A stretch of DNA of 61,391 nt, the filler included. It is 6 parts of 6 records of this genome, joined end to end, with 100 filler letters (N's around TTAATTAATTAA, not from the genome) between each part and the next. Parts side by side here need not be neighbours in the genome. Positions count along the whole stretch, not along the records: positions 1 to 17,649 come from SRR22947727_3503; 5 more parts are not named here. The stretch is one strand, 5' to 3'. How positions within the stretch are numbered: position 1 is the first letter of the stretch; each line of letters begins with the position of its first letter. Below, piece after piece: positions 1-10,562 of the stretch. The notes beneath the pieces were generated by a model. That model ran no database searches. It worked only from the letters and a program-made list of their open reading frames with translations, and had not been told where the DNA came from. Both the position numbers and the translations under genes were made by a program.

Positions 1-125
1 GTGCGGATTCGATTTTTTATGGCGAAACGCTCCTCACGACTGGAAATCCCGCGGTGGAGGCTGACCGTGCGCTGCTTCGAACGGCCGGTGTGCAGGCCAA
101 CTGGCACTCCCCAGCGGCTGCCTGA
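1..125 (+). CDS. bioB: Biotin synthase, 3' fragment (not in ORF track)
   Basis: Frame 3 reads [25 protein letters not shown]...*, the BioB C-terminal motif; stop overlaps next ATG (TGATG). Confidence 0.85.
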   Translation, partial: ADSIFYGETLLTTGNPAVEADRALLRTAGVQANWHSPAAA

Positions 126-1072
126 TGGGAGCTGCGATGGGAGCAGATGGGATTCAGGACGATCTGCTAGTTGCAGCTTTTTATGCCTTTACCCCGTTGG
201 CGGACGCCGATCAACAGGAGCTGCTAACCGCCCTGCCCCCCCTGGCGCAGGCTGAAACCGTTCTTGGTTCGGTGTTGATCGCTGCTGAAGGTGTGAACGG
301 CACGGTCTGTGGTCCTTCGTTGGGAGTGGAGCGATTGCTAGCCCTTCTACGCAGCCAGCTTCCGCTTGGTGAGGCCCATTACGACTGCCTGGAGGTGAAG
401 CGCAGCTGGAATCCTGATCAAGTGTTTCGACGCTTTAAGGCCAGGAGCAAGCGAGAGATCGTGACGCTTGGACAACCGCAAGTGGATCCTCGTGACAGTG
501 TTGGCAACTATGTGGATCCTCAGGATTGGAATGCCTTGATTGATGATCCCGACACGCTGGTGATCGATGCGCGCAACACCTACGAGGTGGCGATCGGTAG
601 TTTTGCAGGGGCCTTAAATCCGCAAACGGAAAGCTTCCGGGACTTTCCCGACTGGGTGGATCAGACGCTTCGTCCTCGCGTTGCACAAGAGGGCCCTAAG
701 CGCATTGCCATGTTTTGCACCGGTGGCATTCGCTGTGAAAAGGCCAGCAGTTTTTTGCAACAGCAGGGCTTTGGTGAAGTCCATCATTTGCGTGGAGGCA
801 TTCTTCGCTATCTCGAAGAGGTTCCAGAGCAGAACAGCCGATGGCAAGGAGAGTGTTTCGTGTTTGATCAGCGCGTTGCGCTGAATCATCAGTTGGAACG
901 AGGTGACTACTGCCTATGCCATGCCTGCGGTTTGCCGGTTTCCTCTGAGCAGCAAACCCTGCCGAGCTACATCAAGGGCGTGCAGTGTTTGCATTGCATC
1001 GATCAATTCACAGAGGCCGATCGCCGCAGATTTGCCATGCGCCAACAACAGATCGACCAGCTTCAGGCCTAG
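125..1072 (+). CDS. trhO: Rhodanese-domain tRNA uridine(34) hydroxylase (TrhO/YceA family)
   Basis: AAEGVNGT, IDARNTYEVAIGSF, MFCTGGIRCEKAS, LRGGILRYLE, GECFVFDQRV motifs. Confidence 0.88.
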   Translation: MGAAMGADGIQDDLLVAAFYAFTPLADADQQELLTALPPLAQAETVLGSVLIAAEGVNGTVCGPSLGVERLLALLRSQLPLGEAHYDCLEVKRSWNPDQVFRRFKARSKREIVTLGQPQVDPRDSVGNYVDPQDWNALIDDPDTLVIDARNTYEVAIGSFAGALNPQTESFRDFPDWVDQTLRPRVAQEGPKRIAMFCTGGIRCEKASSFLQQQGFGEVHHLRGGILRYLEEVPEQNSRWQGECFVFDQRVALNHQLERGDYCLCHACGLPVSSEQQTLPSYIKGVQCLHCIDQFTEADRRRFAMRQQQIDQLQA

Positions 1073-2085
1073 TGCTTCAGTGGCCATGTCTTGCTTTCAG
1101 ACTTCGCTTGCTGCCCATCCTCTACAGCTTTCGCCGTTGTCCCTATGCGATGCGTGCTCGCTGGGCCCTGCTCCAGGCCGGTCTCATGGTGCAGTGGAGA
1201 GAAATTGAACTCAAAGCCAAGCCTGCAGTGATGCTGGAGGCCTCTCCTAAAGGCACGGTTCCGGTTCTGGTCTTAGCTGACGGCAGCGTGATCGATGAGA
1301 GTTTGGCGATCATGCGCTGGGCTTTGCAGAAGGCTGATCCCTGTGGCGTGTTGGAGGCTGAAGACTCAGCTCTTTTGATTGAAGAAAATGATCGGTCGTT
1401 GAAGCATCATCTCGATCGTTTCAAGTACACCGACCGTTATCCCGGAGCCTTAAAAGAGGACCATCGCCAGGCTGGTCTTGTGATTCTGCGCAGCTGGAGC
1501 GAACGCATCAGCAGGAACGGCTGGTTGCTGGCTGATCGGATGGCTTTGGCGGATGCGGCCCTATGGCCGTTTGTAAGGCAGTGGCGTCTGACCGATGCGG
1601 CTGGATTTGATGCTGATCCTCAGTTGGCACCGTTGCGGGAATGGCTGATGCGCTTTCTCGATGATCCGATGATGGAACGATTGATGCAACGTGCTGATCC
1701 CTGGTTGCCAGGTGGAATGCAACCGATTTTTCCGGCTGATGCCATTGCAATTCCCATGGATCAACCGCTGTTTCATCTCGCCTTGGAATCCGATTGGCAG
1801 GCTGCTCTAGAGCGAGGCGACTATCGCGTTTCAACGCGCGGCTTGTCCCTCGCACAGGTGGGATTCATTCATCTGTCTTGGCAAGAGCAGCTGCAAGCCA
1901 CGTTTGACCGGTTTTATGCCGACGCTGGTGCCGTCCTAACGCTCAGAATCGATCCGAAGCTGGTGTCTGCCCCCCTGCGAGCAGATGCCATCCATACAGG
2001 CGTGCTTTTCCCGCATCTGTATGGCCCACTTCCCATTGCCTCGGTGGTCGAGGTGAGTCCTTTCTCTTCTCTGCCCGCGTGCTGA
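1072..2085 (+). CDS. Glutathione S-transferase fused to C-terminal DUF952 domain (start uncertain)
   Basis: LYSFRRCPYAMRAR, SPKGTVPVL, IDESLAIMRWAL (GST-N); GFIHLS...FPHLYGPLP (DUF952). Confidence 0.8.
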   Translation: MLQWPCLAFRLRLLPILYSFRRCPYAMRARWALLQAGLMVQWREIELKAKPAVMLEASPKGTVPVLVLADGSVIDESLAIMRWALQKADPCGVLEAEDSALLIEENDRSLKHHLDRFKYTDRYPGALKEDHRQAGLVILRSWSERISRNGWLLADRMALADAALWPFVRQWRLTDAAGFDADPQLAPLREWLMRFLDDPMMERLMQRADPWLPGGMQPIFPADAIAIPMDQPLFHLALESDWQAALERGDYRVSTRGLSLAQVGFIHLSWQEQLQATFDRFYADAGAVLTLRIDPKLVSAPLRADAIHTGVLFPHLYGPLPIASVVEVSPFSSLPAC

Positions 2086-2588
2086 TGCTCAATGATTTAG
2101 AAGCTCAGGCACGCGAACGTGGCTTGCTGCTGCGCCTCAAAGTTGGACGCCCCCTAGGGCTTTGGAGTTTGCGCTTGGTGGTGGCTGAACAGTTGGCAGC
2201 TGATCGCTTGCAACTCCAGGGCGAGATGAAAGCTTGGGCCTATGGCGCCACCACTGGATTGCAGCTCGACACCATGCGAGTTCGGCCCCAAGCTCCCGCT
2301 GGCACGGGAGATCTAATCTGGGCCGCCACCATGGCTTGGGCGCTTGAGTCCACCCCTTGCCTAAGGGCCAGGTTGTTGGCGATACGGGATGCAGAGGGCC
2401 AGCATCGGCGCTTGGTGCGTTATTTCCAGCAACGTGGATTCAGCACGGTGCATGAGGTGGAAGCCGCTGTTTGGGACTTGCCTCTGCGGATGGTTTGGGG
2501 TGGTGCTGGCGCTCTGATGACGGCGGATTGTGCCGAGGTGCAGCAGCGAGCTGTGCAGCGCTGGACGGCTCAGTCTCCCGCTGCGTGA
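2079..2588 (+). CDS. Conserved cyanobacterial hypothetical protein, possibly GNAT-like
   Basis: 169-aa ORF; LLAIRD...[12 protein letters not shown] and [11 protein letters not shown] motifs. Confidence 0.6.
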   Translation: MLMLNDLEAQARERGLLLRLKVGRPLGLWSLRLVVAEQLAADRLQLQGEMKAWAYGATTGLQLDTMRVRPQAPAGTGDLIWAATMAWALESTPCLRARLLAIRDAEGQHRRLVRYFQQRGFSTVHEVEAAVWDLPLRMVWGGAGALMTADCAEVQQRAVQRWTAQSPAA

Positions 2589-3472
2589 TAGCTGCTGCGA
2601 ACCAATGGCCCACTACGCACTTGAGTAAAACCAAGGTCTGTGGCGATGGCCCCAAGCTCTGCAAATTCCGTGGGGTGCCAGTAACGCGCTACGGGGATAT
2701 GGGCCAAAGACGGTCGGAGGTACTGGCCGAGTGTGATGCGCTGACAATCCACATGGCGTAGGTCTTTCAAGGTGTCGATGACTTCCTCTTTGCTCTCGCC
2801 CAAGCCGAGCATCAGGCCGCTTTTGGTGGGTATCGATGGGGCAAGGTCTCTGGCCGCGGCAAGCAGCCCAAGCGAGCGTGTGTAAGTCGCCCCACGGCGA
2901 ACTTCGGCTTGCAGTCGCTTCACCGTTTCAAGATTGTGGTTGAAACAAACGGGCTGTGCCTTCAGAACGCTGGCGAGACGTTGCTGTTGAGCCTGGAGGG
3001 CTTTGGCTTGATCGGCCACACCGCCCCAGAAGTCTGGGGTGAGCACTTCGATCGCGATCAAGGGATTGCGGGCACGGATCGCCGCCATTGCGCTTGTGAA
3101 CAAGCTGGCTCCATGGTCTTCAAGGTCATCGCGGGCTACGGCCGTGAGGACCACGTAGCGCAGCCCCATGCGAAGCACGGCTTCTGCCACCCGTTCCCCC
3201 TCCTCAGGGTTCAAGGCTTCGGGCGCACGGCCTTTATCGACTTGGCAGAACGCACAACTACGGGTGCAGATGGAGCCGCCTAGCAAGAAGGTTGCGGTGC
3301 CGGCTGCATAACACTCCCCCCGATTAGGGCAGCGTCCCTCCTCGCAAATCGTGTTCAGCCCATTTTGTTTGACCAGGGATTGCACCTGCTCAATCGCCGA
3401 GGCATTACCGATGGGACGTCTCAACCATTCGGGTAAGCGCTCACTGGGGCGGATTTCGCTGTAACGGCTCAT
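2570..3472 (-). CDS. lipA: Lipoyl synthase
   Basis: [22 protein letters not shown] radical-SAM motif, C-terminal [10 protein letters not shown]; start could be 3484 or 3511. Confidence 0.95.
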   Translation of the reverse strand: MSRYSEIRPSERLPEWLRRPIGNASAIEQVQSLVKQNGLNTICEEGRCPNRGECYAAGTATFLLGGSICTRSCAFCQVDKGRAPEALNPEEGERVAEAVLRMGLRYVVLTAVARDDLEDHGASLFTSAMAAIRARNPLIAIEVLTPDFWGGVADQAKALQAQQQRLASVLKAQPVCFNHNLETVKRLQAEVRRGATYTRSLGLLAAARDLAPSIPTKSGLMLGLGESKEEVIDTLKDLRHVDCQRITLGQYLRPSLAHIPVARYWHPTEFAELGAIATDLGFTQVRSGPLVRSSYHAAGD

Positions 3473-3503
3473 GCTCTTTTTCATGACCGCGGCTCTTGGA
3501 GTT

Positions 3504-4103
3504 TCATTCAACTGCTCGACGCCCCTCCAAAGCCCGACTCAAGGTGACATCGTCGGCATATTCCAGTTCGCTTCCAACGGGAAGGCCGTAGGCGATTCGA
3601 CTCACTTCCGTAAACGGTTTGAGTAGGCGTGCCAGATAAAGACTCGTGGTATCCCCCTCCACGCTTGGGGTGAGAGCAAGGATCACCTCTTTAATTTCAT
3701 CTGCTGCAACTCTTTTGACGAGGCTGCTGATCTGCAGCATTTCTGGTCCGATGCCGTCCATTGGAGAGATCAGGCCACCCAAAACGTGGTAAGTGCCTAC
3801 ATATTCTCTGGTGCGTTCGAGGGCGAGCAGATCCCTTGAATCGGCAACGACGCAAAGCAAGCCGATGGAGCGCTCTGGATTCCTGCAGATCTCACAGGTG
3901 GGTTCCGCACTGAGATGGAAACAGGTTTGACATTCCCCCACCTGACTCCTTGCTGCCAAGAGAGCATCAGCAAAACTATGGATCTGCTCTTCTGGTTGGC
4001 GCAGCAAATGAAGGGCCAGCCGTTGTGCAGTCCGTGGACCAATGCCGGGGAGACGTTCGAACTGGTCGATCAACCGTGCTAACGGTCGGGTGAAGCCGCT
4101 CAG
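3504..4103 (-). CDS. recR: Recombination protein RecR (probable CTG start at 4103)
   Basis: [13 protein letters not shown] HhH, C4 zinc finger, Toprim region [16 protein letters not shown] / [17 protein letters not shown]. Confidence 0.95.
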   Translation of the reverse strand: MSGFTRPLARLIDQFERLPGIGPRTAQRLALHLLRQPEEQIHSFADALLAARSQVGECQTCFHLSAEPTCEICRNPERSIGLLCVVADSRDLLALERTREYVGTYHVLGGLISPMDGIGPEMLQISSLVKRVAADEIKEVILALTPSVEGDTTSLYLARLLKPFTEVSRIAYGLPVGSELEYADDVTLSRALEGRRAVE

Positions 4104-4177
4104 AACTCTTCTGCAAGTCTTTGAAATCTAGGCAGGGAGATCTCCGGGCAGAATGGGATGGATTCATGAACGATTCG

Positions 4178-4732
4178 ATGCGCTTTCCGTTGCAAGTTCC
4201 GCTCCGATCGCTCCTCAGCATTGTCTGTGTTGTGTTGCTTACCGCTTGCAGCGGTGCTGGAGCCGGCCTTAACTCGTTCCAAAGTCCTGACGGCAGATAT
4301 GCCTTCCTCTATCCCACGGGTTGGACCCGGGTAGCGGTTACGGGGGGGCCCACGGTTGTTTTTCACGATCTGATCAACAGCGATGAAACGGTGAGCCTTG
4401 TGGTCTCGGAAGTGAATGCTGATAACGACCTGCAGGCACTGGGCAGTGCTGTTGCCGTTGGGGAACGTTTGCGCCGTGACGTGATCGCTCCAGATGGCAG
4501 CGGCCGCAATGCTGAGTTGATCGAGGCACGAGAGCGGGAGGCCTCAGGTCATACGTTTTATGACTTGGAGTACGCCGTGCATCTTCAGGATCGCGATCGC
4601 CATGAGCTGGCCACCGTCGTTGTGGATCGAGGCCGCTTGTACACCCTTGCCACAAGCACCAATGAAAGCCGCTGGCCTCGCGTTAAAGACTTATTTGAAT
4701 CTGTGATTACATCGTTTACGTTGTTGATCTGA
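4178..4732 (+). CDS. psbP: Photosystem II PsbP-like lipoprotein (CyanoP)
   Basis: Lipobox LLTAC; DGRYAFLYPTGW, VVFHDLIN, GRLYTL motifs; next to recR. Confidence 0.88.
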   Translation: MRFPLQVPLRSLLSIVCVVLLTACSGAGAGLNSFQSPDGRYAFLYPTGWTRVAVTGGPTVVFHDLINSDETVSLVVSEVNADNDLQALGSAVAVGERLRRDVIAPDGSGRNAELIEAREREASGHTFYDLEYAVHLQDRDRHELATVVVDRGRLYTLATSTNESRWPRVKDLFESVITSFTLLI

Positions 4733-4850
4733 TCTGTGTTTGCAACTGAGGGAAGGAATGAGCCTTGAACATCGATGACAGACGATTGATCTTCGAAGGC
4801 TCGTCCTCATCCCTGGTTGTCACGATGGTCCTGCAACAGCGACAATTATT

Positions 4851-6158
4851 GTGTCTTTGATCTCCTTCCACAAGATCAAAGCTCGTTGGGATGGTCTTGA
4901 TGACCATCAACAAGTTGGTGCTTGTTTGGCGGGAATGGGGGGACTGCTTGGCGTTTGGCTTCTGTTTTGGCCTGTTCCTACTCAAGTTGAGGGTAAAGGT
5001 GTTCTGATCTATCCAGATAATGCTGGTGTTTTGAATGCCAGGTCTGCTGGTCAAGTCCTGAACGTTGATGTAGGTGTAGGCGATCGCGTTGAGAAACAGC
5101 AGGTCCTGATGACGCTGTACTTACCTGAGCTTGAACGTGAACTAGAGCAAGAGAAAGGCAATTTAAATCAGCTTCAAAAACAAAATATCGAGTTGAATCA
5201 GCGCGATGCATTGAGGCTTGAGACGGCACGACAAACTCTTGATACCACTCTCGCTAAGCTCAGAGACGACGAGCGCCGGCTGGGTGAACTTCAGAGCACT
5301 TTTGCCGGGAAGCTTCGCAATCTTGAATGGTTATCGCGGCGGGCTGTGGTGGCTCCACTATCTAGCGATGTGGTGTCGGCGCAGCAAGGACTGACCAGTA
5401 CCAGTGTTGCTTTGGATGATCTCAAGATTCAAAGCAAACAGGCCCTTACATCATTCCAACAAATCAAACTTGATCTTGAGTCTGAGCAGCTCGATCGGAC
5501 CTTCGTGATTGATGATCTGAAGCGGAAAATTCGCGTTAGCGAGGCGAAATTGGCCTTTGATGGCACGATCACAGCGCAGCGCGACGGCCGCGTGCTGGAT
5601 CTTCAGGTGATTCCTGGTCAGACGATCAAAATGGGGGATCGTCTTGGCACGATTGGTCGTGGTGATGTGTCACGAGGTAACGGCCCCGATCTGATCGCTG
5701 TTGCCTACTTCCCACCTGCGGATGCGCGTCGACTACCCCTTGGGTTGCCTGTTGAAGTGGTTCCGCGCTGGAACCAAAGAGGGCGTTTTGGTGGCATTGA
5801 AGGAAAGGTGAAGAGTGTGCTCACGTTGCCTGCAACGCAGGAAGATATCGCCACGACAACCGGTAATGCACAGTTAGCGAATGACTTGGCTGGAGATGGC
5901 CCAGTGATGCGTACTGAGATCACTCTGCAGCGTCAATCAACGTCTGATGATGGTTTCCTTTGGACGCTTTCTGATGGCAGTGGAGTCTTCCCGATTCGCG
6001 ATGGTTTGACCGTGGATGCCTTTGCCTATGTGGAATGGCGCTCACCGATTACCTATGTCTTGCCAGGGCTTCGTTCGCTCACAGGCGGTTATCGCTCATT
6101 GAGGATTGATCGCCTTTTTGATCGACCTTTCCTGCGTCAACCTGACACTCTTCCCTGA
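4851..6158 (+). CDS. HlyD-family membrane fusion protein (resembles NHLM bacteriocin secretion type)
   Basis: N-terminal TM, GKGVLI...ARSAGQV lipoyl half, long coiled coil, GRVLDLQVIPGQ, RFGGIEGKV. Confidence 0.8.
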   Translation: MSLISFHKIKARWDGLDDHQQVGACLAGMGGLLGVWLLFWPVPTQVEGKGVLIYPDNAGVLNARSAGQVLNVDVGVGDRVEKQQVLMTLYLPELERELEQEKGNLNQLQKQNIELNQRDALRLETARQTLDTTLAKLRDDERRLGELQSTFAGKLRNLEWLSRRAVVAPLSSDVVSAQQGLTSTSVALDDLKIQSKQALTSFQQIKLDLESEQLDRTFVIDDLKRKIRVSEAKLAFDGTITAQRDGRVLDLQVIPGQTIKMGDRLGTIGRGDVSRGNGPDLIAVAYFPPADARRLPLGLPVEVVPRWNQRGRFGGIEGKVKSVLTLPATQEDIATTTGNAQLANDLAGDGPVMRTEITLQRQSTSDDGFLWTLSDGSGVFPIRDGLTVDAFAYVEWRSPITYVLPGLRSLTGGYRSLRIDRLFDRPFLRQPDTLP

Positions 6159-6171
6159 TTCTGTTTCTAAA

Positions 6172-6342
6172 ATGTCCATACGCCCACTTCTGAAGCAAGA
6201 GATTCCTTGGTTGATTTCTGAGTTGGTTTTATTGATCGTGCTATTAAATGCCAATCCACCAGAATTATGGTTTTGGTTTGTTGTCTTTTTAGTGATTTTT
6301 GGATATCGAATTGAGCGCTGGTGGACTTCAAGGACTAACTAG
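6172..6342 (+). CDS. Small two-TM membrane protein
   Basis: MSIRPLLKQEIPWLISELVLLIVLLNANPPELWFWFVVFLVIFGYRIERWW; two hydrophobic stretches. Confidence 0.6.
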   Translation: MSIRPLLKQEIPWLISELVLLIVLLNANPPELWFWFVVFLVIFGYRIERWWTSRTN

Positions 6343-6354
6343 CTAGGACTGTTT

Positions 6355-8166
6355 TCAAGGAAAACTAAGCGTTAATTGGGTTAAAACTGGATGGTTTGGA
6401 TTTTTAGGCATGGGTAAGAGTTCACGCAGCATGCGTGCATAGGTGACATTCACATCCACAGTGGCGAATAACCGTCGTACCAAGGCATTCACGAGCTGTT
6501 CCTGGGTAATGGAAAGGTCGATTTCATCGCTGAGCCCAGTCTGATAGCGCAATTGCGTGTCTCGGAAGGCCTCTTTGCTGGCGCCTACCGCTCGTCTGGC
6601 TGAGACTAATTTCGCCAAGCTGGCTTCATGGTTTAAAAAAGCTCGCTCCAGGCGTAAGCGAATCGCATTTCGGGTGCTTGCATATTGTTCGGCGGTTGCT
6701 TGCTCTTGAAGTTGCAGTGCTTTCACTCTGTTTGACGTTCCACCGGCATCAAAAATCATCCAGTTGAAAGCCAGCCCTACCGACCATTCGTACCCACTCA
6801 CCTGTTCGAGGGGAAGAAAAGTATCTCCGCAGCATCCACCCCCGATCAGCGCAAGATTGAAGGTTCGCTCCACGGATCCCAGGCCACCGGCTGCTGCAAA
6901 CAGGCTGAGTCGCGGTAGTAGCTGGGCAGCCGCTTCGTCTTGGCGACGGATGAGGGCCTGTTGTGTGGCGAGAATTGCTGTGAGTTCTGGATTGTCGTCA
7001 TAAGCCGCCAACACAGTTTTTTCTAAGTTCAGGGGCCATCGTGGTTGGAGGCTGATGGGATCCTGTGCACTGGGTGTGACCTCACTTGACAGGTTGAGAA
7101 CAGTCCAAAGTTCGCGTCGGGCTACCGCACGATCAGCCATCGCTTGGATCAAGCTTTCTTCATCTGCAGCGAGAAGGCTGCTCCGTCTCAGCAGATCCAC
7201 TCTCGGAACAAGACCAGCTTGTTTGAGATCAAGAGTGTCCTCCAAAACAACCAGATCAGTACGAACGATTGCATCGCGAATCTGTACAAGTTGCTCAGCA
7301 CGTTGAAGGTTGTAATAGGCCTCACTCACTTCAAGCTGAATGACTCTTAACCGGTCGGCATAGAGATTTTCTTGTTGTGTGAGTCGGGCTTGCGCCGCTT
7401 GAACTCTGGGAGTTCGAGCAAAATTAATAATGTCGTAGTCGACTTGAAGGCCCGCATCGGCGGAAACGCCATTCATTACAGCGCCGAGACCCCCTCCGGA
7501 TGGGACGTAGAAGGGGCCAGCGCTTGCTCCGCTGACCTGGTTTCCATCGTTTGTGAAAGCAAAATTGGGCGTTTGACCTTTTCGGTTAAAGAGTGATCCC
7601 AGCCCGTAAGTGTTGTTGCCGTAGGGGTTGTACGTGGTTGTTCCGCTTTGAAATCCATCGACATTGGCGAATATGCTGATCGTTGGCCAGTAGCGACTTG
7701 ATTCGGATGCAATGGTGGCGGCCTGGGCCTTGATTAAATCCCGCTGAGCACCAAGGGAAGGATTGTTGCGGAAGGCAAGCGTGACAGCATTTTCAAGCGT
7801 GAGAGAAAGAATGCGCGCTGGCTTGTCAGCCGAAGAAGAAAGGCGAAGAAGAGGATCTGGCTGCGAATCTTGATCTGTCAGCTCAGCGGATGCGGGGGCA
7901 TTGACATCGATGAGCAGTTTGGGCACTTCTAGGGATCTGAGATCGTCACTGCTCTCGATCGCTGGTGCTGGGCCGGTCAACGTGTCAATGGCGTCAACTT
8001 GGTTATTGAGACGTTCCCAACTTTTTTCAAGTTGTTCTGTTGTGCCTCCTTCATCAAGAGGAGCCACGTTGGTCTGGGCAGATACAGGCGCGTAGGTGCC
8101 GCAAATCAATCCGATCGCGGATAGGTAGCGGGTTAGGACCAGATCACAGCGGGAGGATTTCAACAC
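6355..8166 (-). CDS. TolC-family outer membrane efflux protein
   Basis: LTLENAVTLAFRNNPSL, EVSEAYYNL, duplicated OEP repeats, RYQTGLSDEIDL. Confidence 0.85.
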   Translation of the reverse strand: MLKSSRCDLVLTRYLSAIGLICGTYAPVSAQTNVAPLDEGGTTEQLEKSWERLNNQVDAIDTLTGPAPAIESSDDLRSLEVPKLLIDVNAPASAELTDQDSQPDPLLRLSSSADKPARILSLTLENAVTLAFRNNPSLGAQRDLIKAQAATIASESSRYWPTISIFANVDGFQSGTTTYNPYGNNTYGLGSLFNRKGQTPNFAFTNDGNQVSGASAGPFYVPSGGGLGAVMNGVSADAGLQVDYDIINFARTPRVQAAQARLTQQENLYADRLRVIQLEVSEAYYNLQRAEQLVQIRDAIVRTDLVVLEDTLDLKQAGLVPRVDLLRRSSLLAADEESLIQAMADRAVARRELWTVLNLSSEVTPSAQDPISLQPRWPLNLEKTVLAAYDDNPELTAILATQQALIRRQDEAAAQLLPRLSLFAAAGGLGSVERTFNLALIGGGCCGDTFLPLEQVSGYEWSVGLAFNWMIFDAGGTSNRVKALQLQEQATAEQYASTRNAIRLRLERAFLNHEASLAKLVSARRAVGASKEAFRDTQLRYQTGLSDEIDLSITQEQLVNALVRRLFATVDVNVTYARMLRELLPMPKNPNHPVLTQLTLSFP

Positions 8167-8439
8167 GTGCCTCGGATAATCTCTTCAAATACGACTTTTG
8201 GGTATGTTTACGCACATTGGTCACGTGTGATAGGTGCCCATTGCGCAACTTCGTTGAGTTTGATCGCTAGCGATCCAGATCGATGGTGACCATGAGACTG
8301 TTTGTAAGCTGAACGATGCTTCAACCAATGATCGCCAACATCTTCAATTATTTTTTAAGTGAATAGACCGAGTGGTTGGTAAACAGATTCCAATATGGAG
8401 ATCGACTTCACTCTCTGTGATTGAAAGTGCTTGAAGTCT

Positions 8440-9579
8440 TCACCTGTGAATGTTTGTGATAGTTGACTTGGAGTGGGGAGATGTCGCTTCTACAATTGCT
8501 GATCGGATGTAGTCAATGAGGGTGACTCTTAGGATGATTTGTCTGAGCTGTTGTTTGCTTATCTGTTTGATATCAGTGGTAAAAGTTCCTTCTGTCGTCT
8601 GTTCAAGCCATTGATTATAATCTTGAGTTAGAGTCTTGATTTCAAGCATTGCTTGAGGATTAAACTCTTGACAATTGATCGTTTTGGGGTTTTTTAGTTC
8701 TGCGCTGATTCTTAGTATTTGAGTGCTCATTATGTCGATTAACTCTGATTCTTTGTAGTGGAGTTGCTTGATCTGATCGGGCTTCTGAATGGGTATTGTC
8801 AAGCTTTTTATGGCCCATAAAGAGGTGAGTAGCTGTGAAGTTAAAAGATCGATTCTGCACCAAAGGCCATGCAATGGGTGCTGTTCAGGATTGACACCCA
8901 GCTCCATCTGTGCCAAGACCTGTTGTTGTCTTGCGGCATTGAGTTGTTTCTGGAGGGAGATGCGGATTGCCTGTTGTTGTTTTGGCGAAGTCGCGGTTGG
9001 AAATTGTTGTTTGAGTCGACTGCTTTCATTTATTAATTCTTGTCCGATCGAAGAAAGAAGTGATGCAAATTGTCCATGTAAGTTGGGAATTGTTCGACTG
9101 GGCCATATCGATTGTGAGGCCCACAGTGAAATGACAATGCCAAGCCCAGTCCAGAAGAGGCGAATGGGACCCCAAACAGTTGCGTTCTGTTCATGGACAA
9201 GCCATCCCATCACGATGATATTTCCAGCCACTTTGTAGCCCACTTGCAGTCCTAGGATTCCTCCAAAAAGCCTGGTTATAGCAAGTGCGAGTCCTAGCCC
9301 TAAAGGAAGAGGAAGCTCAAGCCCACGTGTAAAAATAATTAGAATAATGACACCCATGAGTGAGCCCAGCAGCCTTTGAATGCCGAGCTTCATTGAATTT
9401 CCGTAGGTGCTCGATAAGACAGCTGTTGTTGTTAACGGTAGGTAATACCCATAGGGAATGGGGCTTAGGAGGCCAAGCCCGGCACTTAATCCCGTTACAG
9501 CTGCTAGTCGTAGATCTTGTCGTGTAAACCAGGGTCGCTGCTGGTGTCCACGTTGGGAATGGTGGATATCGTCCCTCAT
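8440..9579 (-). CDS. FUSC / aromatic acid exporter family membrane protein
   Basis: YYLPLTTTAVLS...QRLLGSLMG TM block then helical domain; ATGA overlap with upstream gene. Confidence 0.75.
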   Translation of the reverse strand: MRDDIHHSQRGHQQRPWFTRQDLRLAAVTGLSAGLGLLSPIPYGYYLPLTTTAVLSSTYGNSMKLGIQRLLGSLMGVIILIIFTRGLELPLPLGLGLALAITRLFGGILGLQVGYKVAGNIIVMGWLVHEQNATVWGPIRLFWTGLGIVISLWASQSIWPSRTIPNLHGQFASLLSSIGQELINESSRLKQQFPTATSPKQQQAIRISLQKQLNAARQQQVLAQMELGVNPEQHPLHGLWCRIDLLTSQLLTSLWAIKSLTIPIQKPDQIKQLHYKESELIDIMSTQILRISAELKNPKTINCQEFNPQAMLEIKTLTQDYNQWLEQTTEGTFTTDIKQISKQQLRQIILRVTLIDYIRSAIVEATSPHSKSTITNIHR

Positions 9580-10535
9580 CGATGCGTTCCTTGAATCAAA
9601 ATGCGATTGAGTCTTCTTTGACTGCTGACGAGTCGAAGGAAGCGTGTGCACTCCTCCTCCAGGAGGATCTGTTGCGCAAGACCAATCGGATGAAGCTGAT
9701 TTTGATCATGAAGTTGTAATCGATTCCAACCAATCACATGGTTTGGATCTAATTGTTGTGCTAATTCAGGTAATCGCAGAGGCTGGTACTTACCGGATAA
9801 AGAATCTAGAAGTCGCTCGATCAATATCCAATGTGATTGAAGACTACGCCATAGGCTGATGCGTTGATTCCAGCGCAGCCGAGTGAGCTGATCGCGACGC
9901 CGCGGACCCAGTTGTTGCTCGATATTCATCAGACGCTGGATTTCTAAAATATTTCTTGTGAGCGAAACAGGATTCAAGGGGGCTGGCATTGGTGTAAGTC
10001 CCTGAAGGGCTTGCATATGTTGAAACATTCGCTGATTTAGTGTCGCCATTAATAGTTCATGGAGCTCTTCCATACGCTTCAAGCGATCTTTAGGCCAAAG
10101 CAAATGGCTTATCACTAACGCTACGCAAATGCCAACTAGGGTATCAATACTTCTATTTAGAACGTAATTCCAATCCAATAGCGTGTAATCATGGATCCCT
10201 AAAAGCATCACAGTGATCACAACAGCAGTCGATAAACCGCTGCTCCAACCGAGGCGCCGAAGCAAGGGAACGGTAATGAGAAGACTGATCAAAATTCCGA
10301 TCCAGCCTGATAGAAGCGTGTGAACTAGAAAAACGACCAACCCCCCAGTCACCGTGCCGAGAATCCTTCCTCGAGCTGCTCGGAGTGTGTTTTCATCTTG
10401 ATCATCTACTACGAAAATTACGGCCAAGACCGGATACCAAACGAAGTTGATGCGGTCAAAGTGTTGAGCGATTGCACAGGTGATTAAGACACTGATTCCC
10501 AGTCGCAGGCTTTGTTTGACAAGGTTGTCGTTCAT
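9576..10535 (-). CDS. FUSC / aromatic acid exporter family membrane protein
   Basis: WYPVLAVIFVV, RGRILGTVTGG, NRSIDTLVGICVALVISHLLWP. Confidence 0.8.
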   Translation of the reverse strand: MNDNLVKQSLRLGISVLITCAIAQHFDRINFVWYPVLAVIFVVDDQDENTLRAARGRILGTVTGGLVVFLVHTLLSGWIGILISLLITVPLLRRLGWSSGLSTAVVITVMLLGIHDYTLLDWNYVLNRSIDTLVGICVALVISHLLWPKDRLKRMEELHELLMATLNQRMFQHMQALQGLTPMPAPLNPVSLTRNILEIQRLMNIEQQLGPRRRDQLTRLRWNQRISLWRSLQSHWILIERLLDSLSGKYQPLRLPELAQQLDPNHVIGWNRLQLHDQNQLHPIGLAQQILLEEECTRFLRLVSSQRRLNRILIQGTHR

Positions 10536-10562
10536 GCTGGAAGTGCTACCTTTTAGACGCGT

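Noticed and set aside
4851-6342. NHLM/Nif11 bacteriocin cluster
   Set aside because: No double-glycine precursor, peptidase-ABC transporter or modifying enzyme nearby.
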